Part shown: positions 9,530-18,063 of the stretch, in pieces | How positions within the stretch are numbered: position 1 is the first letter of the stretch | Layout of the letters: the number at the start of each line of letters is the position of its first letter | NCBI GenBank assembly: GCA_036012905.1 | Contig: DASCQF010000038.1 | Span: 64,504 to 128,503 of the forward strand | DNA from: Vicinamibacterales bacterium | GTDB taxonomy: Bacteria; Acidobacteriota; Vicinamibacteria; Vicinamibacterales; UBA8438 | Direction of reading: 5' to 3' | DNA length: 64,000 bases | Translations under genes and position numbers: made by a program | Notes under the pieces: model-generated | Told to the model about the DNA's origin: nothing | What the model saw: only the letters and a program-made list of their open reading frames with translations | Databases searched by the model: none

Positions 9530-9592
9530 GAGTCAGGAGTCAGAAGGCAGGAGAAGGCCGAAGGGCTTCGCCGACTTCGCTTTCACTGATGG
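9530..9592 (+). repeat. Heptamer-plus-hairpin dispersed repeat copy
   Basis: gagtcaggagtcagaaggcaggagaaggccgaagggcttcgcc..., immediately 3' of the fabZ-lpxA stop codon. Confidence 0.7.
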
Positions 9593-9611
9593 CCTGAACG
9601 GGCCGACGGCA

Positions 9612-10451
9612 ATGAAACTCGGCTTGATCGCCGGAAACGGCCGTTTCCCATTCCTGACCCTGGAGGGGGCACGCCGTCTTGGTCATGACGTGACAATCGT
9701 CGCGATCCGGGAGGAAACCAGTCCGGCGCTGGAGACGGCGGCGGCCGGTGACCCGCCGGCGGACCTGCACTGGGTGTCGCTGGGGCAGCTTGGCAAGTGC
9801 ATCGCCATATTGCGTGACGCCGGTGTGACCCGGGCGGTGATGGCCGGCCAGGTCAAGCACACCAAGGTCTTCGGGATCGTACCGGACCTGACAGCCCTCA
9901 AGGTGCTGAGCCGGCTCGACACCAAGAACACCGACGCGCTGATCACGGCTGTGGCCGACGTACTCGCCGACCAGGGGATCCACCTCGAGAATTCCACGAC
10001 CTTTCTGCAGCCGCTTCTTGCGAAGAGTGGTGTGCTGACCAGGCGGTCGCTGTCCGACGACGAACGCGCCGATCTGGATTTTGGCTACCGGATGGCTGAT
10101 GCCATTGCGGGGCTCGACGTCGGGCAGACGATTGTCGTCAAGGACCGCGCGGTCGTGGCGGTCGAGGCGATGGAGGGCACCGACGCGGTCATCGCACGGG
10201 CAGGGGCGCTGGTCGGGCCTGGCTCGTGCGTCGTCAAGGTGGCGAAACCGGCTCAGGACATGCGGTTCGACGTCCCGGTGGTAGGAGTGCCGACGCTGAC
10301 CGCCATGTGTGACGCTGGTGCGAGGGTCCTGTCGGTGGATGCTGGGCGGACGCTCGTACTCGACGGCGAAGCGTTCTACCAATCCGCCGATGAGCACCAA
10401 TTGACGGTGGTGGGTCGGGAGAGGGGAGACGATGGCGTCGACCAACAGTAG
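9612..10451 (+). CDS. lpxI: UDP-2,3-diacylglucosamine diphosphatase LpxI (DUF1009 family)
   Basis: N-terminus [14 protein letters not shown]. Core motifs [24 protein letters not shown] and [19 protein letters not shown]. Lies in an lpx context. Confidence 0.85.
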   Translation: MKLGLIAGNGRFPFLTLEGARRLGHDVTIVAIREETSPALETAAAGDPPADLHWVSLGQLGKCIAILRDAGVTRAVMAGQVKHTKVFGIVPDLTALKVLSRLDTKNTDALITAVADVLADQGIHLENSTTFLQPLLAKSGVLTRRSLSDDERADLDFGYRMADAIAGLDVGQTIVVKDRAVVAVEAMEGTDAVIARAGALVGPGSCVVKVAKPAQDMRFDVPVVGVPTLTAMCDAGARVLSVDAGRTLVLDGEAFYQSADEHQLTVVGRERGDDGVDQQ

Positions 10452-11433
10452 CGGGCCGCGGATTGCGGTTGTTGGAGTCGGGCATTTCGGGCGACACCAC
10501 GCCCGGATCCTCTCGACGCTTCCAGGTGCGCGACTCGAGGCAGTGGTGGACATTGATGCGGACCGCGCGTCGGCGGTGGCGGCCGAGACCGGTGCTGCGC
10601 CGGAGACCGACGTGGCTGCGCTCGACGGGCGTGTCGACGCGGTGACGCTGGCGGTGCCCACGGCGAGGCATCACGCGGTCGCTTTGCCGTTGCTCGAGCG
10701 CGGGGTCTCCGTCCTTGTCGAGAAGCCGATGGCGCGGTCGGTCACGGAGGCCGACGAGCTGATCGCCGCCGCCGAGGCGAGTGGGGCGGTGCTCGCCGTG
10801 GGGCACACCGAGCGCTACAATCCGGCGATCGCGGCGGCCTTGCCGCTCGTACAGGCGCCGCGCTTTATCGAGGTCCATCGAATCGGCACCTTTCCCGCGA
10901 GGAGCCTGGACATCGACGTGGTGTTCGATCTGATGATTCATGACCTCGACATCATTCTGACGACCGTCGGGGCGGATGTGGAGACCATCGAGGCAGTCGG
11001 GGTGCCGGTGCTGACCGACCGGGTGGACATCGCCAACGCCAGACTCCGGTTCACGACGGGGTGTGTCGCGAATCTCACCGCCAGCCGGATCAGCCGTGAC
11101 CGCGTTCGCAAGCTGCGTTTCTTTCAGCAGGATGCCTATATCTCGGTCGATTGCGCCGAGCAAGTGGTTGAGGGATGGCGGGTCACGCGCACCCCAGGAG
11201 CCGAACCCGAGATTGCTGGGGGCAAGCTCGATGTGCCGCGGGGTGAGCCGCTGGAGCGGGAGCTCGCAGACTTTGTCCGCGGGGTCAGGGCCGGGCGGCC
11301 TCCTCTGGTCAGCGGCGTCGATGGCCGACGGGCGCTCGCCCTGGCCCAACGCGTGGCCGACGTGATGGAGAAGGGGGAGGACGAGGGCTCGCAGGAGACA
11401 GGAGACAGGAGGCAGGAGGCAGGAGAAGCCTGA
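10432..11433 (+). CDS. Gfo/Idh/MocA family NAD(P)-dependent oxidoreductase (lpx-locus associated)
   Basis: Rossmann N-terminus [14 protein letters not shown] and an EKP motif (VLVEKPMA). Overlaps the lpxI end by 20 nt. The last ~13 codons and the stop codon lie inside a heptamer repeat copy. Confidence 0.8.
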   Translation: MASTNSSGPRIAVVGVGHFGRHHARILSTLPGARLEAVVDIDADRASAVAAETGAAPETDVAALDGRVDAVTLAVPTARHHAVALPLLERGVSVLVEKPMARSVTEADELIAAAEASGAVLAVGHTERYNPAIAAALPLVQAPRFIEVHRIGTFPARSLDIDVVFDLMIHDLDIILTTVGADVETIEAVGVPVLTDRVDIANARLRFTTGCVANLTASRISRDRVRKLRFFQQDAYISVDCAEQVVEGWRVTRTPGAEPEIAGGKLDVPRGEPLERELADFVRGVRAGRPPLVSGVDGRRALALAQRVADVMEKGEDEGSQETGDRRQEAGEA

Positions 11434-11450
11434 GGGCTTCGCCGGCATTC
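11391..11450 (+). repeat. Heptamer-plus-hairpin dispersed repeat copy
   Basis: CAGGAGA CAGGAGA CAGGAGG CAGGAGG CAGGAGA, followed by the hairpin gaagcc-tgag-ggcttc (11425-11440). The loop contains the oxidoreductase TGA stop codon. Confidence 0.75.
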
Positions 11451-11525
11451 AGAAAAGTCCCGTGCTCAGGCTGAGTCGGTCGGGAGTCTGCGGTTGAAAG
11501 GGTGAATGCGCGACGGATTGTGTCG

Positions 11526-12443
11526 ATGAGTGACGACCTTTCGGTGGTGACCGGGAAGATTGCGGACGGGATCGCGCTCGACGAGCAGGATGTTCGGTTG
11601 CTGGTCGGCACGAAGGATCTGCTTGCGCTCGGGACGGCGTCGGATGATGCGCGGCGACGGCGTCATGCCGACCGGGTCTCCTTTGTCCAGGTGCACGATG
11701 TGCCGATGGACACCGCTGGGTTCGAGGCGGCGCTACCGGATCAGGCCGGAGAGGCTCGGGTGACCGGTCGGCCGGAGAGTGTGGCGGCGGCAGTCTCGGC
11801 AATTCGGGCCGTCGTGGCGCGCGTTGGGTGGGTACCGGTGACCGGCTTCACCCTTGCGGACCTGCAGGATGTGAGCGGTCACGAGGTGGGGCGGCTCGGG
11901 GACGTGCTCACCGAGTTGCGGGATGCCGGGCTGGCACTCGTCACCGAGGCTGCCGCTGAGAAGTTAGGCGATCCACAGCCGGTGTTCGAGGTGCTGCGCG
12001 AGTGCGGATTGACGGTCGGTTGTCTGACGTTGGGCGACGCGGTCGGTGAGGCGGCGATCCTGCTTCTTCGCCGTATCGCAACATGGGACGGTGCCGGGAC
12101 AGTGTGTCGCTCAGTGGCGCCGCTGCCACGAGTCGAGCCATCGCCGCCGACGACCGGATATAGTGACCTGCGTCAGGTTGCACTGGCTCGACTCCTGGTT
12201 GACAATATCGACTCGATCCAGGTCGACTGGGCGCGCCACGGTCCCAAACTGGCTCAGGTGGCGTTGACCGTCGGCGCCGACGACGTGGATGCGGTACCGG
12301 CCGTCGTCCCGGACGACCTGGGGCGCCGCCGTTCGCCGCGAGAGGAAATCCGGCGCAATATTGTCGCCGCTGGGTTCGTGGCGGTGCGGCGAAACGGTTG
12401 CTTCCAGGTGTTGGATTCGCCTGACGGGGCGGCACGTGAGTAG
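11526..12443 (+). CDS. MqnC/MqnE-like protein lacking the radical-SAM CxxxCxxC cluster (degenerate paralog)
   Basis: Aligns by eye along its length with the neighbouring 404-aa radical SAM protein. N-termini: MSDDLSVVTGKIADGIALDEQDVRLLV against MSVEAIAEKVLAGDRLSGEDALALYV. C-termini: LARLLVDNIDSIQVDWARHGPKLAQVALTVGADDV against LARLVLDNFDNVQASWVTQGGKVGQLSLAYGANDM. It has SFVQVHDVPMDTAGF where the paralog has NYTNVCVARCSFCAFY. Confidence 0.7.
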   Translation: MSDDLSVVTGKIADGIALDEQDVRLLVGTKDLLALGTASDDARRRRHADRVSFVQVHDVPMDTAGFEAALPDQAGEARVTGRPESVAAAVSAIRAVVARVGWVPVTGFTLADLQDVSGHEVGRLGDVLTELRDAGLALVTEAAAEKLGDPQPVFEVLRECGLTVGCLTLGDAVGEAAILLLRRIATWDGAGTVCRSVAPLPRVEPSPPTTGYSDLRQVALARLLVDNIDSIQVDWARHGPKLAQVALTVGADDVDAVPAVVPDDLGRRRSPREEIRRNIVAAGFVAVRRNGCFQVLDSPDGAARE

Positions 12444-12577
12444 ATCGATTACATGTTCCAGGCACTGTATGGCTGACTCCCGAGGAGCGGGGCGCGAGAA
12501 GGGGCGCGCTGCGATGCGGTGTCACGCCGCCACGTCAGATAACGTCCTTCAGTTGGAGGCGGAGCGTCGCTAGAGCC

Positions 12578-13384
12578 ATGAATCCTATTCGAGTCAGCGC
12601 GGTTGAGTATCTGAACGCCAGGCCGCTTGTGCATGGGCTCGAGGCCCGTCCCGACCTCTTCGACCTACAGTTCGACATTCCGTCCCGGTGCGCGGCGCAG
12701 CTTCACGATCGGTCAGTCGATCTCGGCCTGATACCCTCCATCGAATATCTGCGGGGCTCGGACTACCGGATCGTTCCAGATGTGGCGGTCACGTCCGAGG
12801 GCGATGTGGCCTCGGTCGCGCTGTTCACCACCCGACCGGCAACGTCGCTGCGGTCGGTCGCGGTTGACAGCAGCTCGCGGACGGCGAGTGCGCTCCTGCG
12901 CGTCCTGTGCACCGAATGGTGGGACATCGACCCCAAGATGGTGAAGCTCAGACCGGACCTGCCGGTCATGCTCAAGCGGTGCGACGCGGCACTGGTGATC
13001 GGGGATGCGGCGTTGTTTCTCGACTACGAGAGCCAGGGGCTAGAGAAGGTGGATCTGGGAGACGAGTGGACCGCCATGACATCCCTGCCGTTCGTCTGGG
13101 CCATGTGGGTGGGGAGGCAGGGGGTGGTGCATCCTGACCACACCAAGGCACTGCAGGCGGCGCGTGCGAGCGGCGTCCAGGCGATCGACGAGATTGTGGC
13201 ACGGCACTGCCCAGATAATGAGGAGTCGCTCGAAGCCGGTCGTCAGTATCTGCGCAAGAACGTGTCGTTCGACCTCGATGAGCGCGCCCTGGCCGGACTC
13301 AGGAAGTTCCACGAGTACGCCTACGATCTCCGTGTCGTACCGACACGCAACGATCTCAGGTTCTTCGAATCTCCACCGGCATGA
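12578..13384 (+). CDS. mqnA: Chorismate dehydratase MqnA (futalosine pathway)
   Basis: N-terminus MNPIRVSAVEYLNARPLVHGLE and motif VDLGLIPSIEY. ATGA stop/start overlap with the following mqn radical SAM gene. Confidence 0.85.
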   Translation: MNPIRVSAVEYLNARPLVHGLEARPDLFDLQFDIPSRCAAQLHDRSVDLGLIPSIEYLRGSDYRIVPDVAVTSEGDVASVALFTTRPATSLRSVAVDSSSRTASALLRVLCTEWWDIDPKMVKLRPDLPVMLKRCDAALVIGDAALFLDYESQGLEKVDLGDEWTAMTSLPFVWAMWVGRQGVVHPDHTKALQAARASGVQAIDEIVARHCPDNEESLEAGRQYLRKNVSFDLDERALAGLRKFHEYAYDLRVVPTRNDLRFFESPPA

Positions 13385-14595
13385 GTGTTGAAGCGATCGC
13401 TGAAAAGGTTCTGGCCGGCGATCGACTCAGCGGCGAGGACGCGCTGGCGCTGTATGTCGACGCCTCGACCAGTCTGCTCGGCCGCCTCGCGGACACGGTC
13501 CGCGCCCGAAAGCACCCGACCGGGCTGGTCACCTACATCATCGATCGCAACGTCAATTACACGAACGTTTGCGTCGCCAGGTGCTCCTTCTGCGCCTTCT
13601 ATCGTCCGGTCGGAGCCGACGACGGCTACGTGCTTGGTTTCGAGGAGCTGTTTCGGAAGATCGCCGAGACGCTGGTGGTCGGAGGGGGGCAATTGCTTCT
13701 CCAGGGTGGTCACAACCCCGACCTGCCGCTCGAGTGGTACGAGGAGCTCTTTGGTGCGATCAAGGCGCGGTATCCGGAGTTCAAGCTGCACGCCCTGTCT
13801 CCGCCGGAGCTGTTACACCTGTCGCGGTTGTCGCAACAACCGGTGCCGGTCGTCGTCGACCGGCTCGTGCAGGCCGGGCTCGACAGCGTACCGGGCGGCG
13901 GCGCCGAGATTCTCGTCGACCGCGTCCGGCGGCGTCTGCACTGTGACACCAAGGCGACCGCCGACGAGTGGCTGTCGGTGATGCGCGCGTTGCACCGGGC
14001 TGGTCTCCGGTCGACCGCCACGATGATGTTTGGCAGTGTCGAGCGGCTCGACGAGCGCGTGGAGCACCTGTGCCGGCTTCGGGAACTGCAAGACGAGACC
14101 GGCGGCTTTACGGCGTTCATTACCTGGAGCTATCAGCCGGCCAACACGGAATTGGGGGGCGCCGAGGCGACCGGAGTCGACTACCTGCGCACGCTGGCGC
14201 TCGCGCGACTCGTGCTGGACAACTTCGACAACGTGCAGGCCTCCTGGGTGACGCAGGGCGGCAAAGTGGGGCAGCTCAGTCTCGCATATGGTGCGAACGA
14301 CATGGGCAGCGTCATGATCGAGGAGAACGTGGTGCGTGCGGCTGGTGCCGAGTACTGTATGGATGAGGCTGAGATCGTCCGGAACATCGAGGACGCCGGT
14401 TTCGTGCCGAAACGGCGCAACATGTTGTATGACCTGCTGGGCGACCCGCTCTTCCGGTCGCGGGCGATCCCCCGTCGAACCGAGCTCGACGTCGCCCGCG
14501 CGACCGGTGACACCACTGTGCCGGCCGAGCTGTCTCGGTATCCGGCCCGGAGCCGTCCCGGCAAGCAACGTCGACAGGCTGCGGAGGAGGCCTAG
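13381..14595 (+). CDS. mqnC: Futalosine-pathway radical SAM enzyme, MqnC-type (MqnE not excluded)
   Basis: Radical SAM motif IIDRNVNYTNVCVARCSFCAFYR and a CofH/MqnC-type C-terminal domain. Lies in an mqn gene context. Confidence 0.8.
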   Translation: MSVEAIAEKVLAGDRLSGEDALALYVDASTSLLGRLADTVRARKHPTGLVTYIIDRNVNYTNVCVARCSFCAFYRPVGADDGYVLGFEELFRKIAETLVVGGGQLLLQGGHNPDLPLEWYEELFGAIKARYPEFKLHALSPPELLHLSRLSQQPVPVVVDRLVQAGLDSVPGGGAEILVDRVRRRLHCDTKATADEWLSVMRALHRAGLRSTATMMFGSVERLDERVEHLCRLRELQDETGGFTAFITWSYQPANTELGGAEATGVDYLRTLALARLVLDNFDNVQASWVTQGGKVGQLSLAYGANDMGSVMIEENVVRAAGAEYCMDEAEIVRNIEDAGFVPKRRNMLYDLLGDPLFRSRAIPRRTELDVARATGDTTVPAELSRYPARSRPGKQRRQAAEEA

Positions 14596-14730
14596 CAGCC
14601 AGCTCCTGGCTCCGGGCCACAGGCTCCAGACGGCTCGAGGGTTGTCTGCGCAGGTCTCTGGTCTATTCGTGCGATACGCCCCGCCCAGAGCGCCAGAAGC
14701 CCGTAGCCCGCGGTCGAGGACAGCCCGGGC

Positions 14731-15310
14731 GCGCCCCGCGGGGCGGCGTGGGGCTGGCAGCCCGTGGCAAGAGCTCCGCGGCATTCGAACGGCGCTGCAT
14801 CCGGACGAGCGGCGTTGCGTCTCGGTCGCATACGGCCTGTATGCTCCCTCGACGCGCCTGGCTGGCCCGGCGCATCGCCGTTCTCGGTGCAACGCGGGGT
14901 CTTGCGACGGACCGCAGGGGCCCCACTAGCCCCGCGTGGGGTTCGGGGCGCAGCCCCATCCGGCACTGACCCAGGCGCGCACGTGCGCGCCCCGCGGGGC
15001 GGCGTGGGGCTGGCAGCCCGTGGCAAGAGCCCCGCGGCATTCGAACGGCGCTGCATCCGGACCACCGGCGTTGCGTCTCGGTCGCATACGGCCTGTATGC
15101 TCCCTCGACGCGCCTGGCTGGCCCGGCGCATCGCCGTTCTCGGTGCAACGCCGGGTCTTGCGACGGGCCGCAGGGGCCCCACTAGCCCCGCGTGGGGTTC
15201 GGGGCGCAGCCCCATCCGGCACTGACCCAGGCGCGCACGTGCGCGCCCCGCGGGGCGGCGTGGGGCATTGGGGCCCCACTAGCCCCGCGTGGGGTTCGGG
15301 GCGCAGCCCC
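14731..15310. repeat. Tandem repeat, 256-bp unit, two full copies plus a truncated third
   Basis: Copies at 14731-14986 and 14987-15242 differ at 5 positions by my count. The third copy (15243-15310) retains the first 24 nt and about 44 nt from near the 3' end of the unit. The unit is rich in GC palindromes. Confidence 0.9.
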
Positions 15311-15318
15311 GTCTGAAT

Positions 15319-16527
15319 ATGACCCGCTACACCGCCGACTGGGTGCTGCCGATTACCGGCCCGCCGCTAGGGCGCGGCCACGTCGACGTGGCGGATGGCC
15401 GCGTGGTCGCGGTCGGTACGCTCGATCGCGCCGTGCCGCCAGGCGCGCGGGTGGTCGAGCTTGGGGCCACGGCGGTGCTACCGGCGCTGGTCAACGCGCA
15501 CACGCATCTGGAGCTGTCTGGGCTGTGGGGCACCGTCCCTCCTGGCTCGTCCATGCCAGAGTGGGTGGGGCGTCTACTCGCGCGGCGCGCCGCGTCCGGT
15601 CCCCCGGACCCGACCGCCATCCGGCAGGCAATCGACCAAGCACGGTCGTCGGGAACTGGGCTGTTCGGCGATATCGGTAACACTTTGGCGGCCGTGCCGA
15701 TCTTGGCGACGGCGGGCGTGGCGGCGCGAGTGTTTCGGGAGGTGCTGGCGTTTCCCGACACCGGGGCGGCGGCGGTCGTGGAGGCGGCAGCAGAGGAGAT
15801 GCGGGCGGTGGCCACGACGAGACGGGTGCGGGTCGGCTTGGCGGCCCACGCACCGTTTTCGGTCGGCCGAGCGGCGTTTGCGGCCCTCGACGCCGCCGTC
15901 CGAGCCTCTTTCGACGGGCCGCGCTCCATCCACCTGGCGGAGTCGCCCGACGAGCTCGAGTTTTTGGTGACCGGCGGTGGAGCCTGGCGCGATCTGCTCG
16001 AGCAAGTTGGCCGGTGGGACCCGGCGTGGGTGCCGCCGGCCTGCGGGCCGGTCGAGTACCTCGACCGGTTGGGGTGGCTGCGACCCGGACTGGTCGCCGT
16101 CCATGGCGTGCAGTTGACCGACCCGGAGCTGGCGATGCTGGCGGACCGTGACGTCACGCTGGTGACCTGTCCTCGCAGCAACGCCTGGACTGGGATCGGC
16201 CATCCTCCTATTGACCGGTTCATCCATTCGGGGGTGCGGCTGGCGCTCGGCACCGACAGTCTCGCCAGTGTCCCCGACCTCAATCTGTTCGCCGAGCTCG
16301 AGCTGATGCGTCGGCTCGCACCGTCGGTGCCCGCCAGACGGCTGCTTGCGTGCGCCACCCTGCACGGCGCCGAGGCACTCGGGTTCGCCAGCGAGTTCGG
16401 CGAGATTGCGCCCGGTCGGTCCGACGCCCTGATCGCCGTGGACGTTCCCGGTGGAGTGCGCGATGTGGAAGAATACCTGCTTGGCGGCATCACCCCGGAC
16501 CAGGTGACCTGGCTCGCGGGGCTGTGA
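15319..16527 (+). CDS. Amidohydrolase family protein, putative aminodeoxyfutalosine deaminase
   Basis: Metal-binding HxH (LVNAHTHLE), HLAES, GTDS. The function is inferred from the position between mqnC and mqnP. Start placed at ATG 15319 (MTRYTADWVLPI). Confidence 0.7.
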   Translation: MTRYTADWVLPITGPPLGRGHVDVADGRVVAVGTLDRAVPPGARVVELGATAVLPALVNAHTHLELSGLWGTVPPGSSMPEWVGRLLARRAASGPPDPTAIRQAIDQARSSGTGLFGDIGNTLAAVPILATAGVAARVFREVLAFPDTGAAAVVEAAAEEMRAVATTRRVRVGLAAHAPFSVGRAAFAALDAAVRASFDGPRSIHLAESPDELEFLVTGGGAWRDLLEQVGRWDPAWVPPACGPVEYLDRLGWLRPGLVAVHGVQLTDPELAMLADRDVTLVTCPRSNAWTGIGHPPIDRFIHSGVRLALGTDSLASVPDLNLFAELELMRRLAPSVPARRLLACATLHGAEALGFASEFGEIAPGRSDALIAVDVPGGVRDVEEYLLGGITPDQVTWLAGL

Positions 16528-16604
16528 CGAAAGCCTGGCAGTGATGCGCAGCCGACGATCGTCTGGGCGGTTTGAGGCGGAGCTTCACTGACCCGCGTCC
16601 TGCC

Positions 16605-17459
16605 ATGTTGCGTCGCCTCCGGACCTACGCCGCGTTCGTGCGATTTGGACACTCGGTGTTCGCCCTGCCGTTTGCCCTGGTGGGCGCTCTGCTGGCGGCC
16701 CAGCAGACGCCGCTCACCACCGCGCGAGTCGTCTGGATTGTTGCGGCCATGGTGACCGCGCGCACGGCGGCCATGGCCTTCAACAGGGTGGTTGACGCCC
16801 GGTTCGACGCGATGAATCCGCGCACGGCCAACCGCGAGCTGCCGCGCGGGGTCATATCGTCTGGAGAGGCCGTGTCCCTGGTCGTCGTCGCGTCGATAGC
16901 CTTCATTCTCGTCACCACCCGGCTAGGCTGGATCTGCCTGGCACTATCGCCCGTCGCGCTCGCCGTCGTCTTCTCGTACTCCTTGGCGAAGCGGTTTACG
17001 ACGTATACGCAATTGCTGTTGGGGGTCGCCCTGGCTATTGCGCCGGTCGGCGGGTGGTTGGCGGCCGGCGGACGCTGGGGATGGGAGCCGTGGCTTTTGG
17101 CGATCGCCACAGGCGCGTGGGTCGCGGGTTTCGACATCTACTACGCTTGCCAGGACCTCGAGTTCGACCGCGCACAGGGACTGCGCTCGATTCCGGCACG
17201 GTTCGGTGTCCGGGCATCGCTCGGGATCGCGCGCTGGCTGCATGTGGTCGCCGTGATGGCGTTGGCTGGGGTGGCGCTGGTGACGCCATTGGGCCTGGGG
17301 TATCTCGCCGGGGTGGCCGGTGTCGCATTGCTGCTCGCCTACGAGCAGTCGCTGGTGCGGCCGGACGATCTCTCCCGAGTGAAGCAGGCGTTCGATCTCA
17401 ACGGCTATGTCGGGTTGTTCTATCTAGCGGCCACAGCCGCGGCGATCTATGTCGGATAG
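16605..17459 (+). CDS. mqnP: UbiA-family prenyltransferase, MqnP-type (1,4-dihydroxy-6-naphthoate polyprenyltransferase)
   Basis: UbiA motifs NRVVDARFDAMNPRTANRELP and YACQDLEFD, with multiple TM helices. Overlaps ubiX by 11 nt. Confidence 0.8.
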   Translation: MLRRLRTYAAFVRFGHSVFALPFALVGALLAAQQTPLTTARVVWIVAAMVTARTAAMAFNRVVDARFDAMNPRTANRELPRGVISSGEAVSLVVVASIAFILVTTRLGWICLALSPVALAVVFSYSLAKRFTTYTQLLLGVALAIAPVGGWLAAGGRWGWEPWLLAIATGAWVAGFDIYYACQDLEFDRAQGLRSIPARFGVRASLGIARWLHVVAVMALAGVALVTPLGLGYLAGVAGVALLLAYEQSLVRPDDLSRVKQAFDLNGYVGLFYLAATAAAIYVG

Positions 17460-18063
17460 ACCTGGGCGACGCATCGCAGTGGGCATCACCGGGGCCAGTG
17501 GTGCACTCTATGCCGTGCGTTCGGTCGCCGCGCTCCTTGCCAGCGGGTGTCAGGTCGAGCTTGTGGTATCCGACTTCGGACGCCGGCTGCTCCGCGAGGA
17601 GCTGGGCGAGGCTGCGGCGATCGAGGTCCTGTCCGAGTATCTGGCGACCCGCTACGGTGACGGCGTGCGTGCCGGCACCCTGACGTTGCACAGCAACCGC
17701 GATGTGGGTGCGTCGATTGCCAGCGGAAGCTATGCGTGCGAGGCGATGGCGATTGTGCCGTGCTCCATGAAGACGCTGGCCGGGGTGGCGCACGGTCTGT
17801 CCCGCACGCTCATCGAGCGGGCCGCTGACGTCATGCTCAAGGAGCGACGTCGGCTGGTGCTCGTCCCGCGCGAGACACCAATGAGTCTGCCCCAGTTGCG
17901 CAACATGGTGGCGTCTGCCGAGGCGGGTGCGGTGGTGCTGCCGGCAATGCCGGCCTTCTACCAGGGACCACGTTCGCTCGACGACCTGGCCGACTTCATG
18001 GCCGGGAAGATCCTCGGGGCGCTGGGTTTTTCCCACGAGCTGTATCCTCCGTGGGCCGGATGA
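17449..18063 (+). CDS. ubiX: UbiX-family flavin prenyltransferase
   Basis: RIAVGITGASGALYAV, MAIVPCSMKTLAGVAHG, LVLVPRETP. Confidence 0.9.
   Translation: MSDRPGRRIAVGITGASGALYAVRSVAALLASGCQVELVVSDFGRRLLREELGEAAAIEVLSEYLATRYGDGVRAGTLTLHSNRDVGASIASGSYACEAMAIVPCSMKTLAGVAHGLSRTLIERAADVMLKERRRLVLVPRETPMSLPQLRNMVASAEAGAVVLPAMPAFYQGPRSLDDLADFMAGKILGALGFSHELYPPWAG

Noticed and set aside
14731-15310. Possible CRISPR array.
   Set aside because: The units are 256 bp and directly abutting, with no unique spacers. No cas genes are present in the window.
14663-15316. ORFs of 117-207 aa on both strands inside the 256-bp tandem repeat (for example 14764..15225, 14663..15148, 14592..15215, 14936..15316), with repeated peptide segments.
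   Set aside because: The repeat period is 256 bp, not a multiple of 3. The repeated peptides are therefore read in different frames in successive copies. The compositions are Arg/Ala/Gly/Pro-rich and no start or SD context is seen.
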